From: an uncultured Methanomicrobiales archaeon
Lineage (GTDB): Archaea > Halobacteriota > Methanomicrobia > Methanomicrobiales > Methanospirillaceae
NCBI GenBank assembly: GCA_963758915.1
Contig: CAVWXH010000009.1
Location: 192,001 to 256,000, forward strand
DNA length: 64,000 nucleotides
Direction of reading: 5' to 3'
This document shows, in pieces, positions 1 through 10,434 of the stretch. Below the pieces are notes generated by a model. That model was not told the origin of the DNA, did not search any database, and was given only the letters and a program-made list of their open reading frames with translations. The position numbers and the translations under genes were made by a program. Numbering within the stretch: the stretch's first letter is position 1; each line of letters begins with the position of its first letter.

Positions 1-332
1 TGGTGCACTTCCATCACACCCGTGACGGGCAACTCAACCCAGCCATTTGGGAGGAGGTGCCGATCGAGTCGCTCCATAAATACGACGGGGCCTTGTGCCG
101 CTTCGCGCAGCACAACAAACTCGTTTTCGAGCGTTGGCGCAAAAAATGGCTCCAGCAAGGCGCGAATACCCGCCGGCCCATAGACCTTGGCCTCGGGCAT
201 GGGCAGGTTATCGTACTCACAATCATCGGAAACATACGAAAGTGCCGTGTCGTAGTCGAGCGTCGCCATTGCAGCAAAGAATGCCTTGACGACTTCAAGG
301 GGAGACTGGGGATTCGTCGTAATAGATGTCAT
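1..332 (-). CDS. Limonene-1,2-epoxide hydrolase-like / SnoaL-NTF2 family protein (3' end beyond the window edge)
   Basis: Not in the ORF track. Manual translation from ATG at 332: MTSITTNPQSPLEVVKAFFAAMATLDYDTALSYVSDDCEYDNLPMPEAKVYGPAGIRALLEPFF...VVFMERLDRHLLPNGWVELPVTGVMEVH. YxNxP, ERxD and LPVxGVxEV are LEH-type motifs. Confidence 0.75.
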   Translation of the reverse strand, partial: MTSITTNPQSPLEVVKAFFAAMATLDYDTALSYVSDDCEYDNLPMPEAKVYGPAGIRALLEPFFAPTLENEFVVLREAAQGPVVFMERLDRHLLPNGWVELPVTGVMEVH

Positions 333-395
333 AATCAGTATTCTCTCGGTATAGTGATTTAAACAATTCACACCAAATAAACTCAGGGAAGTTTA

Positions 396-1229
396 ATGTC
401 TGACATCGATTTGCTCCAGAAGATCGGTCTTTCTAAATACCAGGCATTAATTTATGCCTGCCTGCTCCGGAAAGGCCCACTTGATGCGAGAATTCTGTCA
501 GGAGAATCTCATGTTCCTATGGGAAAAATCTATGAAACGCTCTCCCAACTTCTCATAAATGAAATAATTATCGAGCATTCCGGAAGGCCAAAAAAATACG
601 AAGCCATCATTCCGGAAATTGCGTTTCAAAGAATCTATATGAAATATTATATCGAACACGAAAAACAGCGGGAGGATTTAAAAAATACCATAACTCAACT
701 CGAACAGGGTTTAGAGAGAAAAACTCAAACATCACCCAATCTTCAGGATTTACAAATTATGTACAGCAATGAAGATATCCTGAATTATTTCATACGGATA
801 CACAATGAAGCGAAAAAAGAAGTGATATATGTTACTCAGATTCGTTATGGTTCTTTTAATTCAGAACCTGATGAAAGAACATTACATTCATTAATGAACA
901 ACCTGGTCAGTCTTTTGAAAAGGGGAATTTCTGTAAAAATAATTTACCCCAATTCCCCTTATTTAAATTTCTTTTCTCAAATCGCCTCCTGCATCCAGGA
1001 TGATGATACCCGGCAACTGTACCATGATCTGGTTGAAATCCGGGTTTGCAACACTGAACATAACTTCATACTCGTGGACAAAACAACGTGCATTTTTGAA
1101 CCTGAGGATCAAAGAGATCTCGCCCGGCCTTATGCAATGATCAGGATTCGTGATGCTATCCTGAATTCCCAGCTGAGAGGGGTTTTTCAAGAATTATGGG
1201 AAAATGCCATTCCTATCGGGAATGAATAA
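396..1229 (+). CDS. TrmB family transcriptional regulator
   Basis: N-terminal LQKIGLSKYQALIY...SHVPMGKIYETL...GRPKKYEA wHTH; C-terminal PLD-like effector domain (HNFILVDK). Confidence 0.85.
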   Translation: MSDIDLLQKIGLSKYQALIYACLLRKGPLDARILSGESHVPMGKIYETLSQLLINEIIIEHSGRPKKYEAIIPEIAFQRIYMKYYIEHEKQREDLKNTITQLEQGLERKTQTSPNLQDLQIMYSNEDILNYFIRIHNEAKKEVIYVTQIRYGSFNSEPDERTLHSLMNNLVSLLKRGISVKIIYPNSPYLNFFSQIASCIQDDDTRQLYHDLVEIRVCNTEHNFILVDKTTCIFEPEDQRDLARPYAMIRIRDAILNSQLRGVFQELWENAIPIGNE

Positions 1230-1453
1230 GGTCATGAAACTGTTTTTACATCATTTAATCTCATTTATCTGCTGAATTGATGGATCGTGAAGGAAGGTTA
1301 CTCTCTTTAAGGGAACAGGGAAGCGAACGGTCGACCAGCGGGGTTCAGATAAGATGTCTGCCAAAAGACGGGCACTTTATACACCGCAAAGTTACTCGGT
1401 TCAAGATCACGCTGCCGAAAGGGATGTATCGCATTAAATCAAAATATGTCCCG

Positions 1454-2602
1454 ATGTACGCAAAACGTATGGGCCAGCTTCCCCCTTACCTTTTTGCCCG
1501 GATCGATGAGATGAAGGCCGAGAAAATAAGGAGCGGCGTTGATGTCATTGACCTCGGGGTAGGTGACCCTGATCTTCCAACACCACAACATATCGTGGAA
1601 TCTCTCTGCGAGGCTGCACAACACGTGGAAAACCACCATTACCCGAGTTACGCCGGAATGCCACAGTACCGGAGTGCTGTTGCAGACTGGTATAAAACAC
1701 GGTTCGGTGTATCGCTGGACCCGGGCAAAGAAGTACTTGCCCTGATGGGATCAAAAGACGGAATTACACACATTGGCGAGGCCTTCGTCAATCCCGGGGA
1801 CTACGTGCTTGCCCCAAGCCCGGGTTACCCGGGGTACTATACAGGAACACTGTTTTCTGAGGGAAGGGTACATGAGATGCCATTACTCAGGGAGAATAAT
1901 TTTATTCCTGTCCTTTCGGATATCCCGAAGGACGTCCTTAAAACGGCAAAGCTGATGTTCATTAATTACCCGAACAATCCCACTGCAGCGGTGGCTTCAA
2001 CAGATTTCTACCGCGAGGTGGTGGATTTTGCCGGCGAGAACAATATCATTGTTGTTTCTGATAACCCCTACTCGGAAATTGCCTATGACGGGTACCGTGC
2101 ACCATCTTTCCTTGAGGTGAAAGGAGCGATGGATGTCGGGGTCGAGATGCACTCACTCTCAAAGACTTATAACATGACAGGGTGGAGGATCGGTATGGCG
2201 GTAGGTAACGCCGATATCCTTTCGGGGCTTGGCCGTGTCAAGACCAACGTGGATTCCGGCGTGTTCAACGCGGTGCAGCACGCCGCAATCACGGCCCTGT
2301 CAGGCCCGCAGGACTGTGTCAGGGAGGCCTGCGCAGTCTACCAGGAGCGGCGTGACATCCTTGTAAAAGGACTGAACGAAATGGGATATAACGTCCCCGC
2401 CCCAAAAGCTACCTTCTACGTATGGATGCAGGTCGATGACTGCATGAAATTTTCCGCCATGATGCTTGATAAGGCAGGTATTGTCGTCACACCCGGTGTA
2501 GGGTTCGGGCGCTCGGGTGAGGGGTATGTACGGTTTGCACTTACCCGGCCGAAGGAACGCATTATAGAAGCACTTGGCAGGATGAGGGGGCTTTCGGCGT
2601 GA
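1454..2602 (+). CDS. dapL: LL-diaminopimelate aminotransferase
   Basis: Start re-assigned to ATG 1454 (MYAKRMGQLPPYLFARID); DLGVGDPD, NYPNNPT, SLSKTYNMTGWRIG PLP motif; overlaps lysA start. Confidence 0.85.
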   Translation: MYAKRMGQLPPYLFARIDEMKAEKIRSGVDVIDLGVGDPDLPTPQHIVESLCEAAQHVENHHYPSYAGMPQYRSAVADWYKTRFGVSLDPGKEVLALMGSKDGITHIGEAFVNPGDYVLAPSPGYPGYYTGTLFSEGRVHEMPLLRENNFIPVLSDIPKDVLKTAKLMFINYPNNPTAAVASTDFYREVVDFAGENNIIVVSDNPYSEIAYDGYRAPSFLEVKGAMDVGVEMHSLSKTYNMTGWRIGMAVGNADILSGLGRVKTNVDSGVFNAVQHAAITALSGPQDCVREACAVYQERRDILVKGLNEMGYNVPAPKATFYVWMQVDDCMKFSAMMLDKAGIVVTPGVGFGRSGEGYVRFALTRPKERIIEALGRMRGLSA

Positions 2603-3891
2603 AACTCCCTCCACACCTATCAGTGCAGGGCGGGCATCTCACCATAGGCCAGCATGACCTGGTGACCCTTGCACAGGAGTATGGGACCCCGCTCTATGTC
2701 ACCGATGAACAACGTATCTGCGACAATTACACGCGGTACCAGAAAGCCCTGGCAACCCTGTACCCGAAATCGAAGGTGCTCTATGCCGCGAAGGCCAACG
2801 GGAACATTTCGCTCCTCCGCGCCCTGGGGAAACTTGGTGCCGGCGCCGATGTTTTCTCTCCCGGGGAACTCGAGCTTGCATTATCAGCAGGAATGAAACC
2901 GGCAGACCTTCTCTTTAACGGGAGTTCAAAGAGCCCTGCGGATCTAGCCCTTGCTGTAACGCATGGTATTACCGTCTCGGTTGACTCGCTTGACGAACTC
3001 CACCAGCTCGATGCTGCTGCCAAAGCAGGCGGGAAAAAAGCGCGGATCTCGTTCCGTGTCAACCCTGCACTCCACATTCCAACCCACCCGAAAATCGCGA
3101 CCGGGGTTGCATCAAGCAAGTTCGGTATTGCCCACGACAAGATCCTGTCCGCTTACAGGGAGGCACTCGCATGCAGCAATGTAGTCCCGGTCGGGGTCCA
3201 CTGCCACATAGGTTCCCAGATCCTCGAGATCGAACCCTTTGTGAAGGCTGCAGAAGTGATGGTAAAGGTCGCAAAAGACCTGACCGCGATAGGTGTAACT
3301 CTTGAATTTATCGACCTTGGCGGTGGTCTCGGCATCCCCTACCACCACGACACCGATCCCGCACCAACCCCTGAGGACTACGCCCGTGCAGTCGTGCCGG
3401 TGTTTGTCGAGGGAATCACCGCGGCAGGTATCAGCCCTGCGCTCTGGGTGGAGCCGGGGAGGTACCTCGTCGCCGATTCTTCGGTACTCCTCACCCGTGT
3501 GAATTCAGTCAAGTTCGCCCACAAAAATTTTGTCAACGTGGACGCAGGATTCAACCTCCTCATCCGTCCGACAATGTACGACTCATACCACGAGGTCATC
3601 GTCGCCAACAAGGCAGCATCTCCGGCAACAGAGACCTATTCGATAGCGGGTCCGATCTGTGAGACAGGGGATATTCTCGCGGCTGACCGGTTACTACCGG
3701 TTGTAGAAGCAGGGGACATAATCGCCGTCCTTGATGCCGGAGCGTACGGGTTTGCAATGGCATCGCAGTACAACTGCCGGCCGAGATGTGCCGAAGTCCT
3801 CGTAAAAGGAAAAGATAAGGCGCTTATGCGGAACAGGGAGACCACGGAGGACATCACCTCAACAATGGTCACACCACCGTGGCAGCAGTAA
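2599..3891 (+). CDS. lysA: Diaminopimelate decarboxylase
   Basis: YAAKAN PLP lysine, HCHIGSQ, DLGGG, EPGR, GPICETGD, GAYG motifs; GTG start. Confidence 0.95.
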   Translation: MKLPPHLSVQGGHLTIGQHDLVTLAQEYGTPLYVTDEQRICDNYTRYQKALATLYPKSKVLYAAKANGNISLLRALGKLGAGADVFSPGELELALSAGMKPADLLFNGSSKSPADLALAVTHGITVSVDSLDELHQLDAAAKAGGKKARISFRVNPALHIPTHPKIATGVASSKFGIAHDKILSAYREALACSNVVPVGVHCHIGSQILEIEPFVKAAEVMVKVAKDLTAIGVTLEFIDLGGGLGIPYHHDTDPAPTPEDYARAVVPVFVEGITAAGISPALWVEPGRYLVADSSVLLTRVNSVKFAHKNFVNVDAGFNLLIRPTMYDSYHEVIVANKAASPATETYSIAGPICETGDILAADRLLPVVEAGDIIAVLDAGAYGFAMASQYNCRPRCAEVLVKGKDKALMRNRETTEDITSTMVTPPWQQ

Positions 3892-3907
3892 AAGAGGGAT
3901 CACCCCG

Positions 3908-5239
3908 GTGCAGTTCCACTACGCGCTTGTTGATGACCTGCTCAGCAGGGATGAGTTCGAACGACGTGTAGAAGAGAAAATACGGGATTGCGGGGACCTT
4001 GTCGATGAACTGACCGGTGCAATGCTTGTCGTCGCCGATCTTGGCCGCCAGCATGTAAAGATACATGGCCTGGTGGCAAAATCAAGTCTTTTTTCTTTTT
4101 TCGCAAAAGTAATCGAGAAGGGCGAACCAAAGGAGTTCGACCGCACCGACGGGGAGAAAGGCCTCGTTGCCTCGATCCTTGTCGGGGACGAGACCGGGGA
4201 GACCAGGCTGGTCCTCTGGGACGAGAAAGCCATGGCAGCCCAGGAGATCGAGAAAGGCGACGTGCTTGAGGTCATCGGAAAACCGGGAAAGCGACCGGGT
4301 GACATCATGGCACTGGCCATCAGGAAGGCCACCTGCGAGATCGAATGCAGGAATAACATATCACCACTCAGCACGGCCCCGGCAGAGCGCTTAACGATAG
4401 AGGCCCGGTTGCTTTCGCTGGAGGAGCCCAGGCTTTTCACCCGCCGTGACGGCAGAGGGGGAGAGATGAGGGGGGCAGTCATTGGAGACAGGAACGGAAC
4501 CGCGCGGCTAATCTGCTGGATGCCGGAAATCCTCGATGAGCTGGTACCAGGGACAACACTGCGTATTACCGGTGCGATTGATCGCTCACGCCCTCCTGTG
4601 AGGGAATATAGTGTAGATGAAAAAAGCACGATAGAGCAGATAGAAATGGAGATGGAGGTGCCGATGGACTCCATTGCCGCAGTGGGCGACGATGGTGTTT
4701 ATTCTGTCAGGGGGACCATTTCACGGGTCCTTCCTGCAAGGTCTTTCATCGCGAAGGATGGCTCCCGGTCCCATGTCAGAAATATCATGGTCAGTGATGG
4801 CACAGGTGAAATCAGGGTAGTATTCTGGGGGGAAATGGCAGTGCCGCATTATTTTCAGGGAGATCCCATCACGATTTATAATGCCACGGCACGGGTCGGA
4901 AGAACCGGTGAGCGCGAATTAAGCATCGGGCGGGGGAGCACTATCTCGGTTGAAACCCAGGTATTCGGGCAGCCAATAGAGTTTCAGGGGACCGTCCTGG
5001 CCGACAGGAGAGGTACAGTGATCGATGACGGGACTACCTCTTACCTTATCAAAGGTGAACACCCCCACGGTCGCGAAGTCCGTGTCACCGGTACACTTAC
5101 CGGTCATACTATTACCCCGGAAACCATCGAAGCAGCAGAACTTTCTCCTGAAAAGGTACTCCTGCGGTGCCGCCACCTGAAAGAGCAGATTGACCCGGTA
5201 CGACCAGGCCTGAAGGACCATGCCGGCCACACCCACTGA
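3908..5239 (+). CDS. Replication protein A-like multi-OB-fold ssDNA-binding protein
   Basis: Repeated OB motifs (GDETGETRLVLWD, GDRNGTARLICW, SDGTGEIRVVFWG); directly upstream of radA. Confidence 0.85.
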   Translation: MQFHYALVDDLLSRDEFERRVEEKIRDCGDLVDELTGAMLVVADLGRQHVKIHGLVAKSSLFSFFAKVIEKGEPKEFDRTDGEKGLVASILVGDETGETRLVLWDEKAMAAQEIEKGDVLEVIGKPGKRPGDIMALAIRKATCEIECRNNISPLSTAPAERLTIEARLLSLEEPRLFTRRDGRGGEMRGAVIGDRNGTARLICWMPEILDELVPGTTLRITGAIDRSRPPVREYSVDEKSTIEQIEMEMEVPMDSIAAVGDDGVYSVRGTISRVLPARSFIAKDGSRSHVRNIMVSDGTGEIRVVFWGEMAVPHYFQGDPITIYNATARVGRTGERELSIGRGSTISVETQVFGQPIEFQGTVLADRRGTVIDDGTTSYLIKGEHPHGREVRVTGTLTGHTITPETIEAAELSPEKVLLRCRHLKEQIDPVRPGLKDHAGHTH

Positions 5240-5382
5240 TATGCTGCCACGGTACACCGGGGAAACAGTACACGGCAGGAGAATTTCCATCTGACCGGTC
5301 CTCTTCACTTTCACCCTGCGCACATGCCGGATGCATATATGCGAGGGTATATGATGTTCTTTTAGTAAGAGGTAGATAAGAA

Positions 5383-6360
5383 ATGACCACCACAGGTCCA
5401 CTGGAACTTGATGACTTACCCGGCGTTGGACCAACCACCGCCGAAAAACTCCGGGAAGCCGGATTTGTCACCGTTGAAAGCATCGCAACAGCTTCCCCGC
5501 TCGATCTCGCGGAAACCGCGGAGATCGGAGAGTCCGTAGCAAAGAAGATGATTAAGGCCGCCCGCGAACTGGTCAACATTGGCGGTTTTAAAACAGGAAA
5601 GGATGTTTTTGAGCAGCGGAAAGAGATCAGGAAACTGCGTACACGCGTACCCGATCTCGACACCCTCCTTGGCGGGGGACTCGAAACACAGGCAATCACC
5701 GAGATGTATGGTGAATTCGGGTCAGGTAAAAGCCAGATCGTTCACCAGCTCGCGGTCAACGTCCAGCTCCCTGAGTCGGAAGGGGGACTGAACGGAAGCG
5801 CGATCTATATCGATACCGAAAACACGTTCAGGCCGGAACGTATCGAACAGATGGTGAACGGTCTCGAAATTGATAATGCCGATCCGCAGGAGTTCTTAAA
5901 AAATATCCATGTCGCGCGTGCCCACACCTCGGATCACCAGATGCTGCTCATTGATACAGCACGCGAACGTGCTGCCGAGATGAAGGAGTCCGATATGCCG
6001 GTCAGGTTGTTTATCATCGATTCCCTGACCGCCCATTTCCGTGCAGAATATGCTGGCAGGGGGACCCTCGCAACGCGGCAGCAGAAGCTGAACCGTCATA
6101 TGCATGAACTGTTCAAGCTCGTGGACGAGAACAATGCCGTAGCACTTGTGACGAACCAGGTGATGTCGAACCCGGCTGTATTCTTCGGCGACCCGACAAA
6201 GCCGATCGGTGGAAACATCGTTGGCCATACCGCCACGTTCAGGTTATATCTCCGGAAGAGCAAGGGGGGTAAAAGAATTGCCCGCCTCGTGGACAGCCCG
6301 AACCTGCCCGAGGGTGAAGCACCGTTCATGGTTGAAGAGGCAGGTCTCAAGCCGTGCTGA
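5383..6360 (+). CDS. radA: DNA repair and recombination protein RadA
   Basis: HhH DLPGVGP, FKTG oligomerisation motif, Walker [28 protein letters not shown]. Confidence 0.97.
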   Translation: MTTTGPLELDDLPGVGPTTAEKLREAGFVTVESIATASPLDLAETAEIGESVAKKMIKAARELVNIGGFKTGKDVFEQRKEIRKLRTRVPDLDTLLGGGLETQAITEMYGEFGSGKSQIVHQLAVNVQLPESEGGLNGSAIYIDTENTFRPERIEQMVNGLEIDNADPQEFLKNIHVARAHTSDHQMLLIDTARERAAEMKESDMPVRLFIIDSLTAHFRAEYAGRGTLATRQQKLNRHMHELFKLVDENNAVALVTNQVMSNPAVFFGDPTKPIGGNIVGHTATFRLYLRKSKGGKRIARLVDSPNLPEGEAPFMVEEAGLKPC

Positions 6361-7052
6361 GGGCAATCCTGACAGACGTGGACGGCACCATAACCGATCA
6401 GGGCCGTTACTTACACACCGGGGCTATAGAGGTGATCCGGGATCTCGTTTCACGTGGCGTAGAGGTCGTGCTTGCCAGCGGCAATACAGCGTGCTTCATG
6501 GACGCGCTGTGCCGCATGATAGGCACATCCGGGACCTTTATAGGAGAAAATGGGGGTGTATACCGTGTCGGGTTCCCTGGTGAACTCCATGTCCACGGTG
6601 ATCAGCCAGTCTGTCTCGAGGCATTCGGGGTAATACAGAAGCATTATCATGATTCGGGGGCACCCCTCCAGTTACTAAGCCCCCAGTACCGGTATGCTGA
6701 TGTCGCCTTCTCACGGACGGTCCCTCCTGAAGAGGTGGAAAAACTGCTCGCGGACTATAACGTGCGGGTAATTGATACCGGGTTTGCTATCCATCTCCAG
6801 GTAAAAGGGGTCAACAAGGCTACCGCATTTATGGACCTTTCAAATGACCTAGGGATACCTGCCGGGGAATTTCTCGCTATAGGGGACGCAATAAACGATG
6901 TTGAGATGCTCAAAGCCGCAGGAATAGGGGTCACCGTTGCAAACGGACATCCGGAGGCAAAGGCGGTTGCAGGATACATTGCAAAAAAGAGGTATGGAGA
7001 TGGTTTTATCGAGGCAATGCAGCACTATTCATCTCATTTTCTTGAGAGATAA
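6354..7052 (+). CDS. HAD phosphoglycolate phosphatase (SPP/TA0175-like)
   Basis: DVDGT motif [18 protein letters not shown] motif IV. Confidence 0.88.
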   Translation: MLRAILTDVDGTITDQGRYLHTGAIEVIRDLVSRGVEVVLASGNTACFMDALCRMIGTSGTFIGENGGVYRVGFPGELHVHGDQPVCLEAFGVIQKHYHDSGAPLQLLSPQYRYADVAFSRTVPPEEVEKLLADYNVRVIDTGFAIHLQVKGVNKATAFMDLSNDLGIPAGEFLAIGDAINDVEMLKAAGIGVTVANGHPEAKAVAGYIAKKRYGDGFIEAMQHYSSHFLER

Positions 7053-7285
7053 CGGTCAACGACAATATAGTCCTTGATGTCTTTCACTGCTTCAAAATTT
7101 ATATAGAGTTTATCGCCCTCAAGACGGTACCCTGATGTATCAAAGGACGAATCCGGGTGGATGATAAGATCGATTACCTGTCCTGTCTCATCGTCGACAA
7201 TAATATTTTTGAGGGTCCCGATCACCTTTCCGTCATTGGTCATAATTTTCTTCTTTGAAAGCTGGCGGGCCAGTATATGCGTCAT
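7034..7285 (-). CDS. PRC-barrel domain protein
   Basis: KKIMTNDGKVIGTLKNIIVDDETG...INFEAVKDIKDYIVV is a typical archaeal PRC barrel. Confidence 0.85.
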   Translation of the reverse strand: MTHILARQLSKKKIMTNDGKVIGTLKNIIVDDETGQVIDLIIHPDSSFDTSGYRLEGDKLYINFEAVKDIKDYIVVDRYLSRK

Positions 7286-7372
7286 AGAAAAAAATGATGA
7301 TATATTAATATTTAAAGATGTTTAAAAACCTCGAGAGATTGTTGAGAGAATCGGTAAAACGGTAAATTTTGT

Positions 7373-7582
7373 CTAGCTGAGGATCTCAGCGGCCATCCTG
7401 ATATCATGCGCTGTAATCGTCTTCCGACTGGCATGCGATGCGAGTTTCAACGCTTCCTTCGCAATTTTCTGGCCATATTGTTCCATCAGGTCTGCAAGCG
7501 CCTCTCCTGCTTCGTTACCGACACGGTCAGCGCCGGCTTTCCGGATAATCCGTATTACCGGGGCAATCGGGATTTCTGTCAT
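7373..7582 (-). CDS. Archaeal histone (HMf-like)
   Basis: 69 aa: EIPIAPVIRIIRKAGADRV...LASHASRKTITAHDI histone fold. Confidence 0.93.
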   Translation of the reverse strand: MTEIPIAPVIRIIRKAGADRVGNEAGEALADLMEQYGQKIAKEALKLASHASRKTITAHDIRMAAEILS

Positions 7583-7963
7583 GGTATCCTGGTACTCCTT
7601 TTTCTCTTCCCGCCTAATGGTAGCAACCGGCTGGGAATCCCCGGGGGGACACCCGTGCTGGCAAAACCGAATCGTTCCTTCTCAGAAGGATTCACTCCAT
7701 GAACCAGGGAGTAAATGACCGGGTATTTATCAGGAAGGTGTAAAATTTGTTTAGGGTAGAGCCATAAATAGATTAGCCAATAGTTTGAGCATCTGAATGT
7801 TATCACCTGCATATTTTCAAAATAACTGTACAGTTCCTGTGTCCCGGGTGGAACAATACCACGTCATATAAGCTCTCCTGAACGAAACGGTCAGGATTTT
7901 ATTTCAGGGACCAGGTGAAAAGGTGCCCTTTAGCAGAAACCGGTTCAACGAACAGTTCTTACC

Positions 7964-8842
7964 TCAAAGCGAAGGGAATACCCGGATGATATCAGACTGA
8001 GTGAGAATACCGATTGGCACGTCCCCTTCAACGACAACCAGGCGGCCAATTTTACGTTCCTTGAACCTTCCAATAACCTCAAAGAGCTGGACATCAGCTG
8101 ACGCTTTCACCACATCAGTTGTCATTACCACATTGACCTTTGTAGTCAGGGGCATCTCATCATCAATTGCTTTTATAACATCCGACAGAGTTATGATCCC
8201 TTCAAGACCCCCGTTTCCAATCACCGGGGCACCATGGATATGGCGGGTATTGAAGAGATGAAGTGCATCACGCAGCGTGGAGTCCGGTGGAAGTGAGAGG
8301 ATCGGTGCACTCATATAATGCCGGATCGATTGTTTCGGGAGTGATATCATCTCCTGGGTGGTAATCAGCAGGGATTGTTCCACCTCGTCTTTCCCATACA
8401 CCTCACCACGGATCAGGAGCTTGTTAACCGGGGTCGGGCCGATCGTAATCTGGTCGCCTATCTCGAAAATTTTTGCACTCCCAATCAGTTTTATTAACGC
8501 ATGACAGATATCCGGGTGACACAGGGTAGTGAAATCAATCTCTGATACCTTTGCCCCCGTTACCGTCTCACCATTCCGGGAGATGCGGACATCATAGTCC
8601 TCATCCGAAATGTCAAGGTCAAGTTCCCGAAAGGCAAGAGCCGTCGGATTATACCCTCCCTTCGGACCGGGAACCCCGTCAACCAGGCCAATCGCTTTAA
8701 GGGATTGCATCTGGTTCCGTATAGTTCCAGGATTCCGTTTTATTATATCAGCGATTTCTTCACCCTTAATTGGATGAGAATGCTTTTGGTAGAGGGAAAT
8801 CAGTGTAATCAGGATGTCTTTCTGAATAAGGGAAAGATCCAT
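7964..8842 (-). CDS. HrcA-like wHTH + CBS-pair transcriptional regulator
   Basis: IKGEEIA..IKRNPGTIRNQMQSLKAIGLVDGVPGPKGGY; two C-terminal CBS domains. Confidence 0.85.
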   Translation of the reverse strand: MDLSLIQKDILITLISLYQKHSHPIKGEEIADIIKRNPGTIRNQMQSLKAIGLVDGVPGPKGGYNPTALAFRELDLDISDEDYDVRISRNGETVTGAKVSEIDFTTLCHPDICHALIKLIGSAKIFEIGDQITIGPTPVNKLLIRGEVYGKDEVEQSLLITTQEMISLPKQSIRHYMSAPILSLPPDSTLRDALHLFNTRHIHGAPVIGNGGLEGIITLSDVIKAIDDEMPLTTKVNVVMTTDVVKASADVQLFEVIGRFKERKIGRLVVVEGDVPIGILTQSDIIRVFPSL

Positions 8843-8888
8843 AATGATTAATCATGGGAGTACCATAAATAGGTTAGGTTGAACTTCT

Positions 8889-9857
8889 GTGGAATTTGAG
8901 AGAATCCCGACTGTACCGACCGCTGACGAAGTCCTTGACAGGTGTTTCCGGCGTGCTGCGGCTAAAATGAAATTAAAAGCGAATAAAGACCGCGCAAATC
9001 AGGATTTCGTACGGGCTGTCAGCCACTCCATTCACGACAGGCTGGTACACGTGATCCAGACATTCCCTGAATTCGAGACCCTCCCCCCGTTTTACCGGGA
9101 GACTGTAGATATCCTGTATGGAATTCCGAGGCTGAAAAAGGCCCTCGGGGCGATTGGCTGGGCCGCCAGGTGGTCCAGGCTTCACGGCCCTGACCTGATA
9201 CTCGAGACCCGGAGAGGAGGGGATCCGCTTGCCGCACGAAAAAAGGCGGTTGCACGGCTTGCGTCAGTAGTCCACCAGATAGATTCCGAACTGCGTTTCT
9301 TAAATGAAGTAAGAAATGTGGTCCGGAAGCTACCCCACGTGGAGGACATTTTTACGGTGGTTATCGCAGGGTACCCGAATGTCGGCAAATCATCATTTAT
9401 CCGGCTGGTTTCCACGGCAGACCCGGAAGTTGCTTCGTACCCGTTTACTACGAAAGGAGTCATCGTAGGACACCGGGTGGACGGGAGAAAACGGATGCAG
9501 TTTATCGATACTCCCGGCGTACTTGACCGGTTGCCTGAGGCGAGAAATCCCATCGAACGGCAGGCGATGGCTGCAATAACCAATATTGCCGATGTTATCC
9601 TGTTCATTCTTGACCCGAGCGAACACTGCGGGTTCCCGCTCGAGGACCAGATGAAACTGTATGAAGAAATTACCACCACCATCGATGTGCCGGTTGTTGC
9701 AGTCGCAAACAAATCTGATATAAAATGTCTGGATGGCTACCCCCTGATGTCAACAGGCCAGAACTCAGGAGTTGACGAGGTCCTTCTTATCCTTATGGAA
9801 TACTGGAGGGAACCAGGGGTGGTTGAAGAGCCAATCCCATACTCCGTCACATACTGA
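8889..9857 (+). CDS. NOG1-family GTP-binding protein
   Basis: GYPNVGKSS, ASYPFTT, DTPG, NKSD. Confidence 0.92.
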   Translation: MEFERIPTVPTADEVLDRCFRRAAAKMKLKANKDRANQDFVRAVSHSIHDRLVHVIQTFPEFETLPPFYRETVDILYGIPRLKKALGAIGWAARWSRLHGPDLILETRRGGDPLAARKKAVARLASVVHQIDSELRFLNEVRNVVRKLPHVEDIFTVVIAGYPNVGKSSFIRLVSTADPEVASYPFTTKGVIVGHRVDGRKRMQFIDTPGVLDRLPEARNPIERQAMAAITNIADVILFILDPSEHCGFPLEDQMKLYEEITTTIDVPVVAVANKSDIKCLDGYPLMSTGQNSGVDEVLLILMEYWREPGVVEEPIPYSVTY

Positions 9858-9894
9858 AACCGGTAAGAAATCAATAATTTCGGCTTTTATTAAA

Positions 9895-10359
9895 CCCTCT
9901 CAAATCTATCTTGCAGATTGGGAATTCACGCTGGTATGAAAAACTCCACGAACCACCTGAAAGACGACCTTTTTCATACTCATCTATGAGCCAACGGCTC
10001 ATAGCACGCTCTGTTGAAGAGCTATAATAGGCACCCAGAATCCTGATTATTCTGAAATTTATCTTCGCTCCAGGGGCTCATGGCCCGCCGCTTTGGCGAC
10101 CCCGGTTGGGATAGAGACTATTCCCAATACTCTGAATGTAATGAGCCTTCGCCGAAACCCTGCCCGAAGAATATCTGAATGGGGGTGAAGCAGGGAGGCG
10201 GTGAAACCCCCTCCTGTCTACATATTCTCCACTTCTTTTTTAAAATTCTCATAATTTCCCCTGTAAATGCCTGAACGGCCACCAATCTGAAGAAATTTTG
10301 AACGTGGTATTTTCAATCGTTCGGGTGTGAACTTCGCGTTCATCTGTGTTTCAACAAAG
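9895..10359 (+). repeat. Dispersed intergenic repeat / MITE-like element, copy 1 (A end + structured core 10066-10219 + B end)
   Basis: Starts CCCTCTCAAATCTATCTTGCAGATTGG; core CGCTCCAGGGGCTCATGGCCCGCCG...GGTGAAACCCCCTCCTGTCT; ends TTTCAACAAAG. Same architecture occurs inverted at 27038-27377. Confidence 0.75.
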
Positions 10360-10434
10360 AATAGTATCGATAATTAATTGACTGAGGTGTTATTATACCA
10401 ATATTTTGGAAGGATGGAGACATTATTTCCGGGA

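Noticed and set aside
3-362. ORFs 3..362(+), 14..298(-) and 95..289(+)
   Set aside because: Shadow frames of the LEH-like gene that runs off the left edge.
1277-1453. 59-aa N-terminal extension of dapL
   Set aside because: Non-homologous sequence from an upstream TTG; the family start is ATG 1454.
3919-4674. Long antisense ORFs (e.g. 3919..4674, 5112..5699, 9182..9712, 56004..56573)
   Set aside because: They overlap well-supported genes on the other strand and have Ser/Pro-rich shadow composition.
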